Shown here in pieces: positions 37,555-48,054 of a DNA stretch of 64,000 nucleotides; position 1 is the stretch's first letter; each line of letters begins with the position of its first letter. The stretch lies in NCBI GenBank assembly GCA_046758705.1, contig JBHIAT010000002.1, forward strand, positions 639 through 64,638, written 5' to 3'. The stretch is from Candidatus Bipolaricaulia bacterium (GTDB lineage: Bacteria; Bipolaricaulota; Bipolaricaulia; JBHIAT01). Under the pieces are notes generated by a model. That model ran no database searches and had not been told where the DNA came from. It saw only the letters and a list, made by a program, of their open reading frames with translations. The position numbers and the translations under genes are program-made.

Positions 37555-39090
37555 CTAACCTTCTGCTTGCGCCGTTCTCTCCTGGGCCAGCTCCCGGTTG
37601 ACCCAGTACTGCTGTCCCACCTGTAGCACCGTCTGGAGCAGATAATAAAGCCACATGCCCGCCGGAAAGTTTCTGAGCAGGAACGCGATAAAGAACGGAA
37701 AGACCCACATGAAGATCTGGCTCTGGAAGCCACCCCCTCCGATGCTGCCGACCGTCATGCTCAGCCGGTTTTGCAATATCATCGCCCCGATATTCAGAGC
37801 GATCAGAATATAAAACGGATCTGGGAGCGACAGATCCGGGATCCATAAGAACCCGGGGCTGAAATGGATCCGCTCGGAGTTGAACAGGATCGCCCGCCAC
37901 AACAGGATCAGTATCGGGATTTGAACGAGTGCCGGCAGGCACCCCCCCAACGGGTTAACCCCCTCCTCCCGGTACAACTCCATCATCTTCTGGTTCAGCT
38001 TCTGACGGTCGTTCTTGTACTTCTTCTGGAGTTTTGCCATCTTGGGCCGCAACTCGCTCATCCTCGCCATCGACCGGTATTGGTTCCGCATCACCGGGAT
38101 CAGGACCACCCGGATAACGACGGTGAAGATGATGATCGCCCAGGCGTAGTTGCCCGTCCACTGGAACAGGCGGTCGAGGATCCTGACCGCCGGGACCAGG
38201 AACTGTCTGAAAAACCCGAGGTCAACGATCGGGGCCAGACCCGCGTCATCCAGCAGGGTAAACTTGTTCCGCCCTGCGTACAGGGTAAAGCGATAGTTTC
38301 GCTCATCGAACGGGAACAGGGTCAGATCGTCTGACTTGACCACGAGCACCTCCCGCCCGCGCTCGTCCCGCTCGATATTGGGAAACACCTGCTCGCTCTC
38401 CGTCTCATTCTTCAAGAACAACACCGTATTCCTGTCGACGAATCCCAATCCGCCAAACCGGTTATAGGAAGCCGGTGCCAGGATGTCGGTCCGCCGTCCC
38501 CCGTCGAACAAGTATCTGAGCTCCGTGTCCTCCTTGGATTGCGCTAGAATCATCCGGTACGCTTCCAGCGTGCGCGCCTCAGATCCGATGTTGACGATGG
38601 AGAGATCCAGGTCGATGGTGTAAGAGGGGTCGTTGTGAATGGTGAATATTTTGATGATCCTCAGCCCTTCGGCTTCATGAGTGAACTTGAGCTTAAGTTC
38701 CTCAAGTCTGGGATCGTCCTCGATCTCGACCCGGTAATTTTGGCCCTCGGTCAGCGACAGTTCGAACGGGAGGGGGGGGGGGAACTGAGGCAGATCCCGC
38801 CTCAGCTCATCTCCCTCCTCCTTAGTCACGGTGCCCGGGATCAGCTCTAGGGGACGATCCCCGAACGAGCCGAAGGTCAGGAAGACGCTCCGCAACACCC
38901 CACCCCGAGTCGAGAACAGGTAATCGGCCAACCCGGTCGTCACCTGGAGCTCCTCGTGGTCTCCCCTGTTTATCCGGGAGACCTCGATCGGCGGCGGCTC
39001 TCCCAGAGCCACAACGCCGGTGACCCCGATCCAGACCAGGATCAGGCCGATCACCAGCACATCTCGTGTACGCACTCTATCAAACCCCAT
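37555..39090 (-). CDS. yidC: Membrane protein insertase YidC, long form with a large extracytoplasmic domain
   Basis: 'GVNPLGGCLPALVQIPILILLW' and overall YidC/Oxa1 core, 511 aa. Confidence 0.9.
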   Translation of the reverse strand: MGFDRVRTRDVLVIGLILVWIGVTGVVALGEPPPIEVSRINRGDHEELQVTTGLADYLFSTRGGVLRSVFLTFGSFGDRPLELIPGTVTKEEGDELRRDLPQFPPPLPFELSLTEGQNYRVEIEDDPRLEELKLKFTHEAEGLRIIKIFTIHNDPSYTIDLDLSIVNIGSEARTLEAYRMILAQSKEDTELRYLFDGGRRTDILAPASYNRFGGLGFVDRNTVLFLKNETESEQVFPNIERDERGREVLVVKSDDLTLFPFDERNYRFTLYAGRNKFTLLDDAGLAPIVDLGFFRQFLVPAVRILDRLFQWTGNYAWAIIIFTVVIRVVLIPVMRNQYRSMARMSELRPKMAKLQKKYKNDRQKLNQKMMELYREEGVNPLGGCLPALVQIPILILLWRAILFNSERIHFSPGFLWIPDLSLPDPFYILIALNIGAMILQNRLSMTVGSIGGGGFQSQIFMWVFPFFIAFLLRNFPAGMWLYYLLQTVLQVGQQYWVNRELAQERTAQAEG

Positions 39091-39222
39091 GAGGGAATTG
39101 AAATCACCGTTTTATTGTAAATCCAAAAGTAAGTCTATCATAATCCGGAGATGCCATCAACCCGGCTTGCGTTCGGTTGACTCTGGAAACGGCCTCCATT
39201 AGAATTGAGAATGATCTAAACC

Positions 39223-39873
39223 ATGTTTACCGGGATAATCCGATCCCTCGGCCGGGTCCAAGGGCGGACCGACCATGAGTTGACCGTCGCGGATGGCGAC
39301 ATCTCAGCGGAGTTGTCCATCGGAGGAAGCGCAGCTGTCAACGGGGTCTGCCTGACGGCCGTCGAGGTCGACCGGGATCGATTCCGAGCCGAGCTCAGCC
39401 CCGAGACCCTGAGGCGGACGGCACTCGGCGATCTGGCCGTCGGGGACCGGGTGAACCTGGAGCTCCCGATGTCGGTCGATAGCCGGTTCGACGGACATCT
39501 GGTCCTGGGGCACATCGATACCGTCGGCCGGATCCTGGGGATCCAGCCGGAGGGGAACACCCATCTGCTCTCTGTTCAAGTCGATGAGACGTTCGATCAC
39601 TACCTGATTGAGAAGGGTTCGGTGGCGCTCGATGGGATCAGCCTGACCGTCTTCAACGTCAGGGCCGGACGGTTCGACATCGCGATCATCCCGCACACGT
39701 ACCGAAACACGAACCTTCAACACCGACAGATCGGCGATCGTGTCAACGTGGAGTTCGACGTGTTGGGGAAGTACGTGGTGAAACAGCTGGAACCCTATAC
39801 AGAACACCTGAAATTAGACAGGAAAATAACAGCGGGAGACCTAATGAAGGGGAGAAGCGAACATGCCTTTTAA
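39223..39873 (+). CDS. ribE: Riboflavin synthase alpha chain
   Basis: '[12 protein letters not shown]' and a duplicated lumazine-binding repeat. Confidence 0.9.
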   Translation: MFTGIIRSLGRVQGRTDHELTVADGDISAELSIGGSAAVNGVCLTAVEVDRDRFRAELSPETLRRTALGDLAVGDRVNLELPMSVDSRFDGHLVLGHIDTVGRILGIQPEGNTHLLSVQVDETFDHYLIEKGSVALDGISLTVFNVRAGRFDIAIIPHTYRNTNLQHRQIGDRVNVEFDVLGKYVVKQLEPYTEHLKLDRKITAGDLMKGRSEHAF

Positions 39874-41071
39874 CGTAATCGAGAAGGCGGTCGAGGAGAT
39901 CCGCAATGGGAAGATGGTCATCGTCGTGGACGATGAGAATCGGGAGAACGAGGGAGATCTGGTGATGGCTGCTGAGCGGGTGACACCGGAGCACATCAAC
40001 TTCATGGCCAAGCATGGTCGCGGCTTGATCTGTGTGCCGATGACCGAGGAGCGGTTGGAGGAGCTGGGGCTGGAGTTGATGACTCCCTTAGGGAACCCCA
40101 ATCGTCGTGAGGCGAACTTTACCATCTCAGTCGACGCCAAGCACGGGGTAACGACCGGCATCTCCGCCCACGACCGGGCCCACACGATCAAGGTCTTGAT
40201 CGATCCCAGCACCCGGCCGAGCGATCTGGCGCGACCGGGGCACATCTTTCCACTACGTGCCATGACGGGCGGGGTGTTGCGCCGCACCGGGCATACCGAG
40301 GCAAGCATCGACCTGGCCCGGCTGGCCGGCCTCGATCCCGCCGGGATCGTTTGCGAGATCATGAACGAGGACGGGACGATGGCCCGGGTTCCGGACCTGG
40401 TCAAGTTCGCCAACACTCACGGGCTGATCATGATCAGCATCAAGGACCTCATCCGATACCGCAAGCAAACTGAAAAGCTGATCAAGCGAGTGGCGGTCGC
40501 CAACCTGCCGACCCGATACGGAAACTTCAAGATCCACAGCTATACCAACCGGGTGGACGGCCGAGAACACGTGGCGTTGGTGTTGGGGGAGATCCGTTGC
40601 CAGGAGAACGTCCTCGTCCGGGTCCACTCGGAATGCTTGACCGGCGATACCTTCGGATCGCTGCGCTGCGACTGCGGCGATCAGCTGCAACGCGCGATGC
40701 AGTTGATCGCCGCAGAGGGCGTCGGGGTGCTCCTCTACATCCGTCAGGAGGGGCGGGGCATCGGCCTGAAGAACAAGATCTGCGCCTATGAACTCCAAGA
40801 CAAAGGCCTGGACACCGTGGAGGCCAACCGCCAGCTTGGGTTCAAGGAGGATCTGCGCGACTACGGGATCGGTGCCCAGATCCTCGTCGATCTCGGCCTG
40901 AACTCGATCCGGATCCTGACCAACAACCCCAAGAAGGTCCATGGTCTGGAGGGCTATGGCTTAAAAATTACTGACCAGATTCCGATCGAAATCGAACCCA
41001 ACGAGTATAATCTGAACTACCTGCGGACGAAGAAGCAGAAGATGGGACACAAGCTGAGCCAAGTGGATTGA
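39863..41071 (+). CDS. ribBA: Bifunctional 3,4-dihydroxy-2-butanone-4-phosphate synthase / GTP cyclohydrolase II
   Basis: 'RENEGDL' for DHBP synthase and 'CDCG...' zinc site with 'EGRGIGL' for GTP cyclohydrolase II. Confidence 0.95.
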   Translation: MPFNVIEKAVEEIRNGKMVIVVDDENRENEGDLVMAAERVTPEHINFMAKHGRGLICVPMTEERLEELGLELMTPLGNPNRREANFTISVDAKHGVTTGISAHDRAHTIKVLIDPSTRPSDLARPGHIFPLRAMTGGVLRRTGHTEASIDLARLAGLDPAGIVCEIMNEDGTMARVPDLVKFANTHGLIMISIKDLIRYRKQTEKLIKRVAVANLPTRYGNFKIHSYTNRVDGREHVALVLGEIRCQENVLVRVHSECLTGDTFGSLRCDCGDQLQRAMQLIAAEGVGVLLYIRQEGRGIGLKNKICAYELQDKGLDTVEANRQLGFKEDLRDYGIGAQILVDLGLNSIRILTNNPKKVHGLEGYGLKITDQIPIEIEPNEYNLNYLRTKKQKMGHKLSQVD

Positions 41072-41547
41072 CGATCAAGATGGAGACATATCAAGGTACC
41101 CTGGACGGTAACGGGCTGAAGATCGGGATCGTGGTGAGTCGATTCAACGAACTCATCACCGAGAAACTCCTGAGCGGAGCGGTGGATCGGTTGACGAGGA
41201 GCGGTGTTCGGGAGGAGGACATCGATGTCGCCTGGGTCCCGGGCTCCTTCGAACTGCCGAAGGTCGTCAAAACGTTGGCCGAATCGGGACGGTACGATGG
41301 CATTATCTCGCTGGGCGCAGTGATCCGGGGAGGGACACCACACTTCGAATACATCGCCACCATGGTCTCAACAGGATTAGCGACCCTGAACCTCGAATAC
41401 GATACACCGATCGCCTTCGGGGTGCTGACCACCGATACGGTCGAGCAGGCGATCGAACGCGCCGGAACCAAGCACGGCAACAAGGGCACCGAGGCCGCCG
41501 AGAGCGTTCTCGAGATGGTCAACCTGCTAAAACAGTTGAAACGTTGA
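41068..41547 (+). CDS. ribH: 6,7-dimethyl-8-ribityllumazine synthase
   Basis: '[10 protein letters not shown]', 159 aa. Confidence 0.95.
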   Translation: MTIKMETYQGTLDGNGLKIGIVVSRFNELITEKLLSGAVDRLTRSGVREEDIDVAWVPGSFELPKVVKTLAESGRYDGIISLGAVIRGGTPHFEYIATMVSTGLATLNLEYDTPIAFGVLTTDTVEQAIERAGTKHGNKGTEAAESVLEMVNLLKQLKR

Positions 41548-41603
41548 AAGGTTAAAAAGTTATAAAGTCAAAATAGAAAGGTCACTCTGAAAGATTCACG
41601 ATT

Positions 41604-42878
41604 ATGAAATACCATTCTCCAAAAGGGCTGAATGACATCCTGACCGATGAGATCGAGCAGTGGCATGTAGCGGAGACGGCCATTCGAACGGTGATGAACC
41701 GTTATCAGTATCGGGAGATCCGCACCCCCCTGTTAGAGTACACGGAACTCTTCGAACGAGGTGTCGGTCAGGACACCGAGATCGTGGGCAAACAGATGTA
41801 TACGTTTTCCGATAAGGCCGGCCGTTCCCTGACATTGCGACCGGAAGGGACGGCTCCGATCGTGCGCGCCTTCCTTGAACACAAGCTCTATGGGAGATCG
41901 GAGCTGATCAAGCTTTCCTATCTGGGGTCGATGTTTCGCTACGAGGAGCCGCAGAAAGGGCGATCCCGGCAGTTTGAGCAGTTCGGAGTCGAGGCGATCG
42001 GCTCGGCCGATCCGGCCCTCGATGCCGAGGTGATCGAGCTCGGCTGGAGCCTGCTCACCGAGGCCCTCGGTCTCGATGGACTTCGTCTCAAGTTGAACAG
42101 CATGGGGTGTCGGGAAGACCGAAAGCGGTACATCACGGAGCTGAGAAGCTATTTCACACCGATGATCGAGACGATGTGCCCCGATTGTCAGGTGCGTCTC
42201 GAAACCAACCCGCTTCGCATTCTCGATTGTAACGAGGAGATCTGCCAGGGGCCGATCTCGGCGGTGCCGGCGATGCTGCACTACCTCTGCGACGACTGCG
42301 AGGCCCACTTCGACCGATTGCGCACCCACCTCGATGACCTCGAGATCCTGTATCGGCTTGATCCCACCCTGGCGCGGGGATTGGATTACTACACCCGGAC
42401 CGTCTTCGAGATCGCCTCCCCGGATCTCGGGGCTCGGGATGCGATCATCGGCGGCGGCCGCTACGATGACCTCGTCGAGATGCTGGGCGGTCCCCCGACG
42501 CCAGCGATCGGGTTCGCCGGCGGGATGCCGGGACTCATCCTGACACTGAACGCCCAGAAGGGCCCATTGCACGAACAGACAGGCCCCGATCTCTACATCG
42601 CCACCGTGGACGAGCAGGGCAGACGGGAGGGGATTCGGTTGCTGCGGGAGCTGCGCCGGGGAGATATAACCGCCGAGATCGACTACCTGGGGAAGAGTGT
42701 CCGTGGCCAGTTCGGCTATGCCGATCGCATCGGCGCCCGTTACGTCATCGTGATCGGTCCGGAGGAGCTCGACCGCGGGGCGCTCACATTGCGTGACATG
42801 CGGTCCGGAGACGAGGCCCGGATCGATCTCGATCCCGAGGCGATCGCCGCCGAGCTGTCGCAGAGACTGAAACGATAG
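41604..42878 (+). CDS. hisS: Histidine--tRNA ligase
   Basis: Class II motifs 'FRYEEPQKGRSRQFEQ', 'GGGRYD', 424 aa. Confidence 0.95.
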   Translation: MKYHSPKGLNDILTDEIEQWHVAETAIRTVMNRYQYREIRTPLLEYTELFERGVGQDTEIVGKQMYTFSDKAGRSLTLRPEGTAPIVRAFLEHKLYGRSELIKLSYLGSMFRYEEPQKGRSRQFEQFGVEAIGSADPALDAEVIELGWSLLTEALGLDGLRLKLNSMGCREDRKRYITELRSYFTPMIETMCPDCQVRLETNPLRILDCNEEICQGPISAVPAMLHYLCDDCEAHFDRLRTHLDDLEILYRLDPTLARGLDYYTRTVFEIASPDLGARDAIIGGGRYDDLVEMLGGPPTPAIGFAGGMPGLILTLNAQKGPLHEQTGPDLYIATVDEQGRREGIRLLRELRRGDITAEIDYLGKSVRGQFGYADRIGARYVIVIGPEELDRGALTLRDMRSGDEARIDLDPEAIAAELSQRLKR

Positions 42879-42880
42879 CA

Positions 42881-44293
42881 GTGCAGTTGGGAAGCACCGG
42901 CAAGACTTTGCAACGGAAATTCATCAAGCCACTGAATTATCTGTCCCGCCTTGGGATGGCGTTGTTGGGGGTCCTGTTTCTGCTCAGCCTGGATTTCGAC
43001 GTTCGCTCCCTGGCCCTATGGCGCGGAAACCCGCCCTTGATCGCCGACTTGCAGACAACCGCGCGCGATCCAGCGGGGCTGCGGTTCCGCTCCTTCTGGT
43101 GGATAAATGAGGGGATCGAACTCAAGGTCGAGGAGGAGCAATCTAACGACCCCGAGGTCCGCCACACCCGGGAGGAGGTCGGATACATCACGTTCCAAGG
43201 GGAAGGTCGATTGAACGATATCCTTGAGGTCGGCCGGGTCGAGATCGACTCCAACTGGAGGCGGGTGCGATTCCAGAACACGTATCGCAATCCGATCTTG
43301 ATCGCCAAGCCCCTCAGCTACCGTGATCCGGAGCCGGCGACGGTGCGCATCAGACGGTTAACGCCCGAGGGCTTCGAGCTGCGCGTCCAAGAGTATGACT
43401 ACCTCGACGGTGCCCACCCTGCGGAGACGGTGACCTACCTCGCCGTCGAGACCGGCCGCCATCGGATGGAGGATCTGGAGCTGGAGGCGGGCGTGCGGGC
43501 CGTGGCCCCCAGACGCAGCCGTAGACTGCCGTTCACCCCGATCGTCTTTAGCATCCCGTTCGAGACAGATCCGGTGGTGTTCACCACCATCGTCAGCGCC
43601 GACGGACCGGAGGCGGTCATCACGCGCAACCGGCGGGTCACCGGGACGGGGTTCGAGGTGGCGATCCAGCGGGAGGAGGTGAACCCCGTTCCACACAACC
43701 CGGAAATGGTCGCCTATCTGGCGGTGAAACCCGGATCCGGAACGATCACTGGGAAGAGCTTTCAAGTCGAGCGCCTGACCAGGCGGGTGACCCACAACTG
43801 GGCGTCCGTTCCTCTGTTCGCCCGGACGAACCCAGAGCGCCGCCCCGATTTGAAGCAGGGGCTCATCGTGCTGCTATTGGCAGGGCTCGGGATTTGGCTG
43901 TGGAGACGGGGACGGCTCCTCAGCGATCCCGTCTACCGCCGGCTCACCGCCCTGGCCCTCGGCTACCTCACCTACCTGTCCTACGACCGATTCGAAGATC
44001 TGCACCTCTATCTGTTTATCGGATTGCTGTGGCTCTGGTTGATCAGGCGATCCCTCGAGAACGATTGGCGGGTGCTCCAACATCCGCTCGATTGGGCGAT
44101 GGTCGTGATCGTCCTCACCATGGTGATCTTCACCGGTCTCCTGAACTATGTGATCGCCCAAGGGGTGATAAGCGCCGACCCGACCCGGCTGTTCTCACTC
44201 GAGAATCTGTGGCTCTGGGAGGTGTTTGTGTTCTACTTCGCGTTTCGGGATGCCTTAGGAGGGTGGGAAGCGAAGGTGAAGGAAGAGCGATGA
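42881..44293 (+). CDS. Membrane protein with an N-terminal anchor, three tandem ~100-aa beta-rich repeats (H-type-lectin-like?) and a C-terminal 4-TM domain
   Basis: Internal repeats '...EEVGYITFQGEG...', '...ETVTYLAVETGRH...', '...EMVAYLAVKPGSG...'. GTG start 2 nt after the hisS stop. Confidence 0.45.
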   Translation: MQLGSTGKTLQRKFIKPLNYLSRLGMALLGVLFLLSLDFDVRSLALWRGNPPLIADLQTTARDPAGLRFRSFWWINEGIELKVEEEQSNDPEVRHTREEVGYITFQGEGRLNDILEVGRVEIDSNWRRVRFQNTYRNPILIAKPLSYRDPEPATVRIRRLTPEGFELRVQEYDYLDGAHPAETVTYLAVETGRHRMEDLELEAGVRAVAPRRSRRLPFTPIVFSIPFETDPVVFTTIVSADGPEAVITRNRRVTGTGFEVAIQREEVNPVPHNPEMVAYLAVKPGSGTITGKSFQVERLTRRVTHNWASVPLFARTNPERRPDLKQGLIVLLLAGLGIWLWRRGRLLSDPVYRRLTALALGYLTYLSYDRFEDLHLYLFIGLLWLWLIRRSLENDWRVLQHPLDWAMVVIVLTMVIFTGLLNYVIAQGVISADPTRLFSLENLWLWEVFVFYFAFRDALGGWEAKVKEER

Positions 44294-44871
44294 GTCGCAT
44301 GAAACGCATCTACCACCGGTTCCGGGGCCGGCAGGTCCTCTATCAGTATTATACGAACGTCCACTATCGGACACCCGAGTCATGCCTGCGATATCACGGC
44401 CGCATCTACACCTCTATGGACACGAACCTCCCAGAGGAATGTCTCAGATACGGCGAGCACCTGGAGTTTCCCGTGAGAGAGCTCGATTATTACCAGGCGA
44501 TGGCGGATCGGATGAAGCGGATTGCCGAGGACGAACTCCGGCGTCGTCGGCTGTTCCGGGAGGCCAGCGACATACTGAGTGACCGAACGGAGGCAGCGGT
44601 CGAACTGCTCAAGGAGGCGACGCGCATCGAGACATACGTGGGCGAGGTCGAGGGCCTCGTCTGGGGACACCGGGAGCGGTTGGCTGAGGATCCCCAACTG
44701 GCCCGCACGCTCTACAAGCTGTTCATCCGAGCATACCGCAATAAGTTCGCCAAGCCGAAGTACGAGCGGTGGCCGGAGCGGATGCGGTTTGAACGGGAGC
44801 GGTACGGTGTGCAACGCCTCAACGCCCTGTTTGAATTCGAGATCGAATCGGGAGAGGCGGGGAACGAATGA
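44290..44871 (+). CDS. Hypothetical charged/helical protein, translationally coupled to both neighbours
   Basis: ATGA overlap with both the upstream stop and the downstream start. No recognisable motif. Confidence 0.4.
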   Translation: MSRMKRIYHRFRGRQVLYQYYTNVHYRTPESCLRYHGRIYTSMDTNLPEECLRYGEHLEFPVRELDYYQAMADRMKRIAEDELRRRRLFREASDILSDRTEAAVELLKEATRIETYVGEVEGLVWGHRERLAEDPQLARTLYKLFIRAYRNKFAKPKYERWPERMRFERERYGVQRLNALFEFEIESGEAGNE

Positions 44872-45266
44872 CCCGATTCAGACTGTCCCGTTCCGATCGC
44901 TATATCGTGTTGCTGTTGATCGGATTGGTGCTGATCGGGCTGACGATCGGGCGGATCCTACCCTCCCGCTCGACCCTCGATCGTCCCGGGGTTGCCCCCC
45001 CCACCCCGACCCTGAAGCGCATTCCGGTCGAGACGGTCGAGGTACGCACCCTATCCCCCCGCCGTGAGCGGATCGACATCAACACCGCCTCCGCTGAGGA
45101 ACTCCAACAGCTTCCGGGGATCGGACCGGTCTACGCCGCGCGGATCATCGCCTACCGAACCGATCACGGCGGGTTCGGCTCGATCGAGGAGTTGATCCAG
45201 GTCCCCGGGATCGGGCCGAAGACCCTGGAACGATTGCGGGATCGGATCTCCGTAAGTGGAGAGTAG
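44868..45266 (+). CDS. comEA: ComEA-like helix-hairpin-helix DNA-binding protein with an N-terminal TM anchor
   Basis: Two HhH motifs, 'LQQLPGIGPVYAARII' and 'LIQVPGIGPKTLERL'. Confidence 0.8.
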   Translation: MTRFRLSRSDRYIVLLLIGLVLIGLTIGRILPSRSTLDRPGVAPPTPTLKRIPVETVEVRTLSPRRERIDINTASAEELQQLPGIGPVYAARIIAYRTDHGGFGSIEELIQVPGIGPKTLERLRDRISVSGE

Positions 45267-45377
45267 GGACACAACATGCCGTGCCTCTACTTGCAAACCA
45301 CAGAGGTCGGAGTTATAATAAAGCTAAAATCACCCCAAGGAAGACAGGGAGGTGATTGCATAACGATTGAAACAGAA

Positions 45378-45405
45378 AAGTCGATCAGTGACCACAGATC
45401 GACTT
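45378..45405. promoter_or_regulatory. 9-bp perfect inverted repeat (aagtcgatc-N10-gatcgactt) upstream of the family-1 solute-binding-protein gene at 45449; candidate operator
   Basis: Directly visible in the sequence, ~45 nt upstream of the RBS AGGAGG. Confidence 0.35.
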
Positions 45406-45448
45406 TAACCACCCATCACAAGAAATAAACTTTAGGAGGGATGTATCG

Positions 45449-46831
45449 ATGTGGCGAAGCTCTAGTCTAAAACTGGCTGTATTTGTAGTAGCGTTGCTCT
45501 TTGGACTTTCCCTGTTTACCGGTCTCGCCTATGCGCAACGGATCGTCACCATCCGGGTATGGACGGTCGGGCCGGACGATCCGGCGATCGGACGAGCAAC
45601 CGCATTCGAAGAGGCTGGAAAGCGGCTGAACAAATATCTGGAAACCATCGGGGCCGATGTTCGAATCCGGGTCGAGGCAGAGTTCAACACGGTGAACTGG
45701 TCGTCGTTCAACCAGAGGAACATACTGGCGCTGCAGACTGGGGATCCCAATCAGATCGCCGATATCATCATAACCGGCCACGAACAGATCGGACCATACT
45801 CCGTCGCTGGCTACATCACCCCATTGGATGACCTGATCGCCCAATACCCCGAAGTCTATGACGACGTCATCCCCGCGCTCTGGCCTGCCATGCAGTTTAG
45901 TGGCCAGACCTGGGGGATCCCTCGGGACTCCGAGGCCCGGTTGATCTGGATTCGCCGGGACGTTCTCATGAAGATCGGCTGGACCGAGGAACAGGTTGAC
46001 AACCTGAGAGCCCGTACGTTCGCGGGTGACTTCACCCGAGACGATATGGCCAATCTGGCCAAAGAGATCAAGGATGCCGGGGTCGTCGAAACCGTGGTGA
46101 CCCACCGGCCGACACCGGGAACCGACTGGTTCGGGTTCATCTTTAGCTATGGAGGAAGACTGATAGACGACGCGACCGGCAAGCTGGTCATAAGCAGGTC
46201 AGCGATTCTGCAGACCTTCGAGTATCTCAACAAGCTGGTCCATGAACTCGAGGTCCTGCCGAGCTCGATGACGAACTGGCAGTGGCAGGAGATCCACACC
46301 GCCATTACCGAGGGCACGTCCGCGATCCAGATGACCGGGGGGATTTGGAACTGGGGCGAGTGGCAGGTGGCTCCGTACAACAAGTCTGAGGAGGAGCTGT
46401 TCGAGAATATCACCTGGATCCCGTACCCCGCCGCTGAAAAAGGCGGATCACCAGGCTCGGTCTCCCACCCGCTGGCTACGGTAATCACCAGCGCGTCACA
46501 GAATAAGGAGCTCGCGTTCTTGCTCACGAGCATACAGTACGCCACCGACCTTCAGGCCGAGTCGGTCCTTGCCAGCGGCCACCTGGCGGTGCTCAACAGC
46601 GAACTGGGCTACGCGCCCTACGCGAACAAGCGGTACCAGACCGAGGTGTCCGGACTTCTGAACGTGACCCGCTTCAGCCCGAACCATCCCAAAGCTCCGT
46701 TCTACTGGCAGACGCTCTTTGAGGCGATCCAGGCCGTTGAGACCGGGGCGATGCGCCCCCAGGCGGCGTTGAACTTCTTCGTCCGGCGAATACAGCAAGA
46801 GCTGGGTGACGAGGTGATCGTGGAGGACTAG
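45449..46831 (+). CDS. Family-1 ABC substrate-binding protein (UgpB-like)
   Basis: Signal peptide; genomic context with MalFG-type permeases and a glycerophosphodiester phosphodiesterase. Confidence 0.75.
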   Translation: MWRSSSLKLAVFVVALLFGLSLFTGLAYAQRIVTIRVWTVGPDDPAIGRATAFEEAGKRLNKYLETIGADVRIRVEAEFNTVNWSSFNQRNILALQTGDPNQIADIIITGHEQIGPYSVAGYITPLDDLIAQYPEVYDDVIPALWPAMQFSGQTWGIPRDSEARLIWIRRDVLMKIGWTEEQVDNLRARTFAGDFTRDDMANLAKEIKDAGVVETVVTHRPTPGTDWFGFIFSYGGRLIDDATGKLVISRSAILQTFEYLNKLVHELEVLPSSMTNWQWQEIHTAITEGTSAIQMTGGIWNWGEWQVAPYNKSEEELFENITWIPYPAAEKGGSPGSVSHPLATVITSASQNKELAFLLTSIQYATDLQAESVLASGHLAVLNSELGYAPYANKRYQTEVSGLLNVTRFSPNHPKAPFYWQTLFEAIQAVETGAMRPQAALNFFVRRIQQELGDEVIVED

Positions 46832-46852
46832 GGAATAGAATAGTCGGCAATG

Positions 46853-46887
46853 TCAGGGGGATCCCACCGCAACGGTGGGGTCCCCCT
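46853..46887 (+). terminator. Intercistronic 16-bp-stem hairpin after the family-1 solute-binding-protein gene
   Basis: cagggggatcccaccg-caa-cggtggggtccccctg. Confidence 0.5.
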
Positions 46888-46925
46888 GACCCCTTCGTTC
46901 CAACTGACCTAAGCAAGAGGTTTGA

Positions 46926-48053
46926 ATGCAGCGAATGCAGCCGCGATCTGCAATTTTCAAGGCCTCCTTGTTCTTTCTCCCGGCCCTGCTGGTTATCGTC
47001 GTCTTCTTCTTCATCCCGGTGGTGATCACCACCGTCATGGGGTTTACGGATATGGACTTCCGGTTCCAATGGGACTTCATCGGGTTAGACAACTACAAAA
47101 AGATGGCCAAGGACTTCCTGATCTGGCCGATTGATGGATATCTGACTCAACCTTCACCTGTGGGTTGGGGGGTGTTCATTCTCATCACCGCACTGTTGGT
47201 CTTCTACTTTGTGCGGTATCTGCGTGGAAGACCGTCTTCTATCAGAGGGCCGCTCCAGCTTAGCTTGATTACTTTCGTGGTTCTCGCAGGCGTCTGGTTT
47301 TTTATTCAGGCACTCAGCGGTCAACTCGCAAAACCAAATATCATTGTAAACACGGTCGTTTACGTCCTCGGAACGCTGTTCATCTTCAATACCACCTTCG
47401 GACTGATCCTGGCGATCCTGACGACGAGCATCGGGCGGCGGGCCGGCACGTTCTTCCGAGCCGTCTGGCTGCTGCCGCGGTTCACTCCGCCGGTGGTCTA
47501 CGGAATTATCTGGCTCGCGCTGCTGCAACCGTCCAAAAGAGGGATGTTCAACGCAGCCAGAGAGTTCTTCGGCCTGGAGCCTCTGGACTGGATCACTGCC
47601 CACCCTTGGGGAGTGATCATCGTCACCGGTGGGTTCATCGGGGCATCGATGGGAATGATCATCTTCGCTGCCGCGATCGATTCGATCCCGGAGGACTATC
47701 GTCGGGCAGCGAAGGTCGACGGAGCCAGCTGGTTTCAGGAGATCCGTTATATCATCTTGCCGTTGATCCGCTGGCCGTTGCTGTTCATCACCGCTTATCA
47801 GACGCTATCGCTGCTCACGTCGTTCGAATATATCCTGATAATCACCAGCGGCGGGCCGTTCTTTGCCTCTTCCGTCTGGTCATTGTATGCGTATAAGCTC
47901 GCTTTCGATGCCTATTCAGGGACCTATGCGTACGGATACGGCGCCGCGCTGGCGACTATTCTGGTCGTGATCGGGATCATCGCCTCGGTGGTCTACTGGC
48001 GCATTTTCAAGTTTAAAGAGATGATGGCCGAGCCAAAGATTGAGGTGACATGA
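46926..48053 (+). CDS. ABC permease (UgpA/MalF-like)
   Basis: EAA loop 'AAKVDGASWFQEIRYIILP'. Confidence 0.85.
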   Translation: MQRMQPRSAIFKASLFFLPALLVIVVFFFIPVVITTVMGFTDMDFRFQWDFIGLDNYKKMAKDFLIWPIDGYLTQPSPVGWGVFILITALLVFYFVRYLRGRPSSIRGPLQLSLITFVVLAGVWFFIQALSGQLAKPNIIVNTVVYVLGTLFIFNTTFGLILAILTTSIGRRAGTFFRAVWLLPRFTPPVVYGIIWLALLQPSKRGMFNAAREFFGLEPLDWITAHPWGVIIVTGGFIGASMGMIIFAAAIDSIPEDYRRAAKVDGASWFQEIRYIILPLIRWPLLFITAYQTLSLLTSFEYILIITSGGPFFASSVWSLYAYKLAFDAYSGTYAYGYGAALATILVVIGIIASVVYWRIFKFKEMMAEPKIEVT

Positions 48054-48054
48054 G

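Noticed and set aside
41548-41603. Possible T-box leader upstream of hisS
   Set aside because: Only 56 nt of AT-rich spacer, far too short for a T-box and with no specifier or antiterminator elements.
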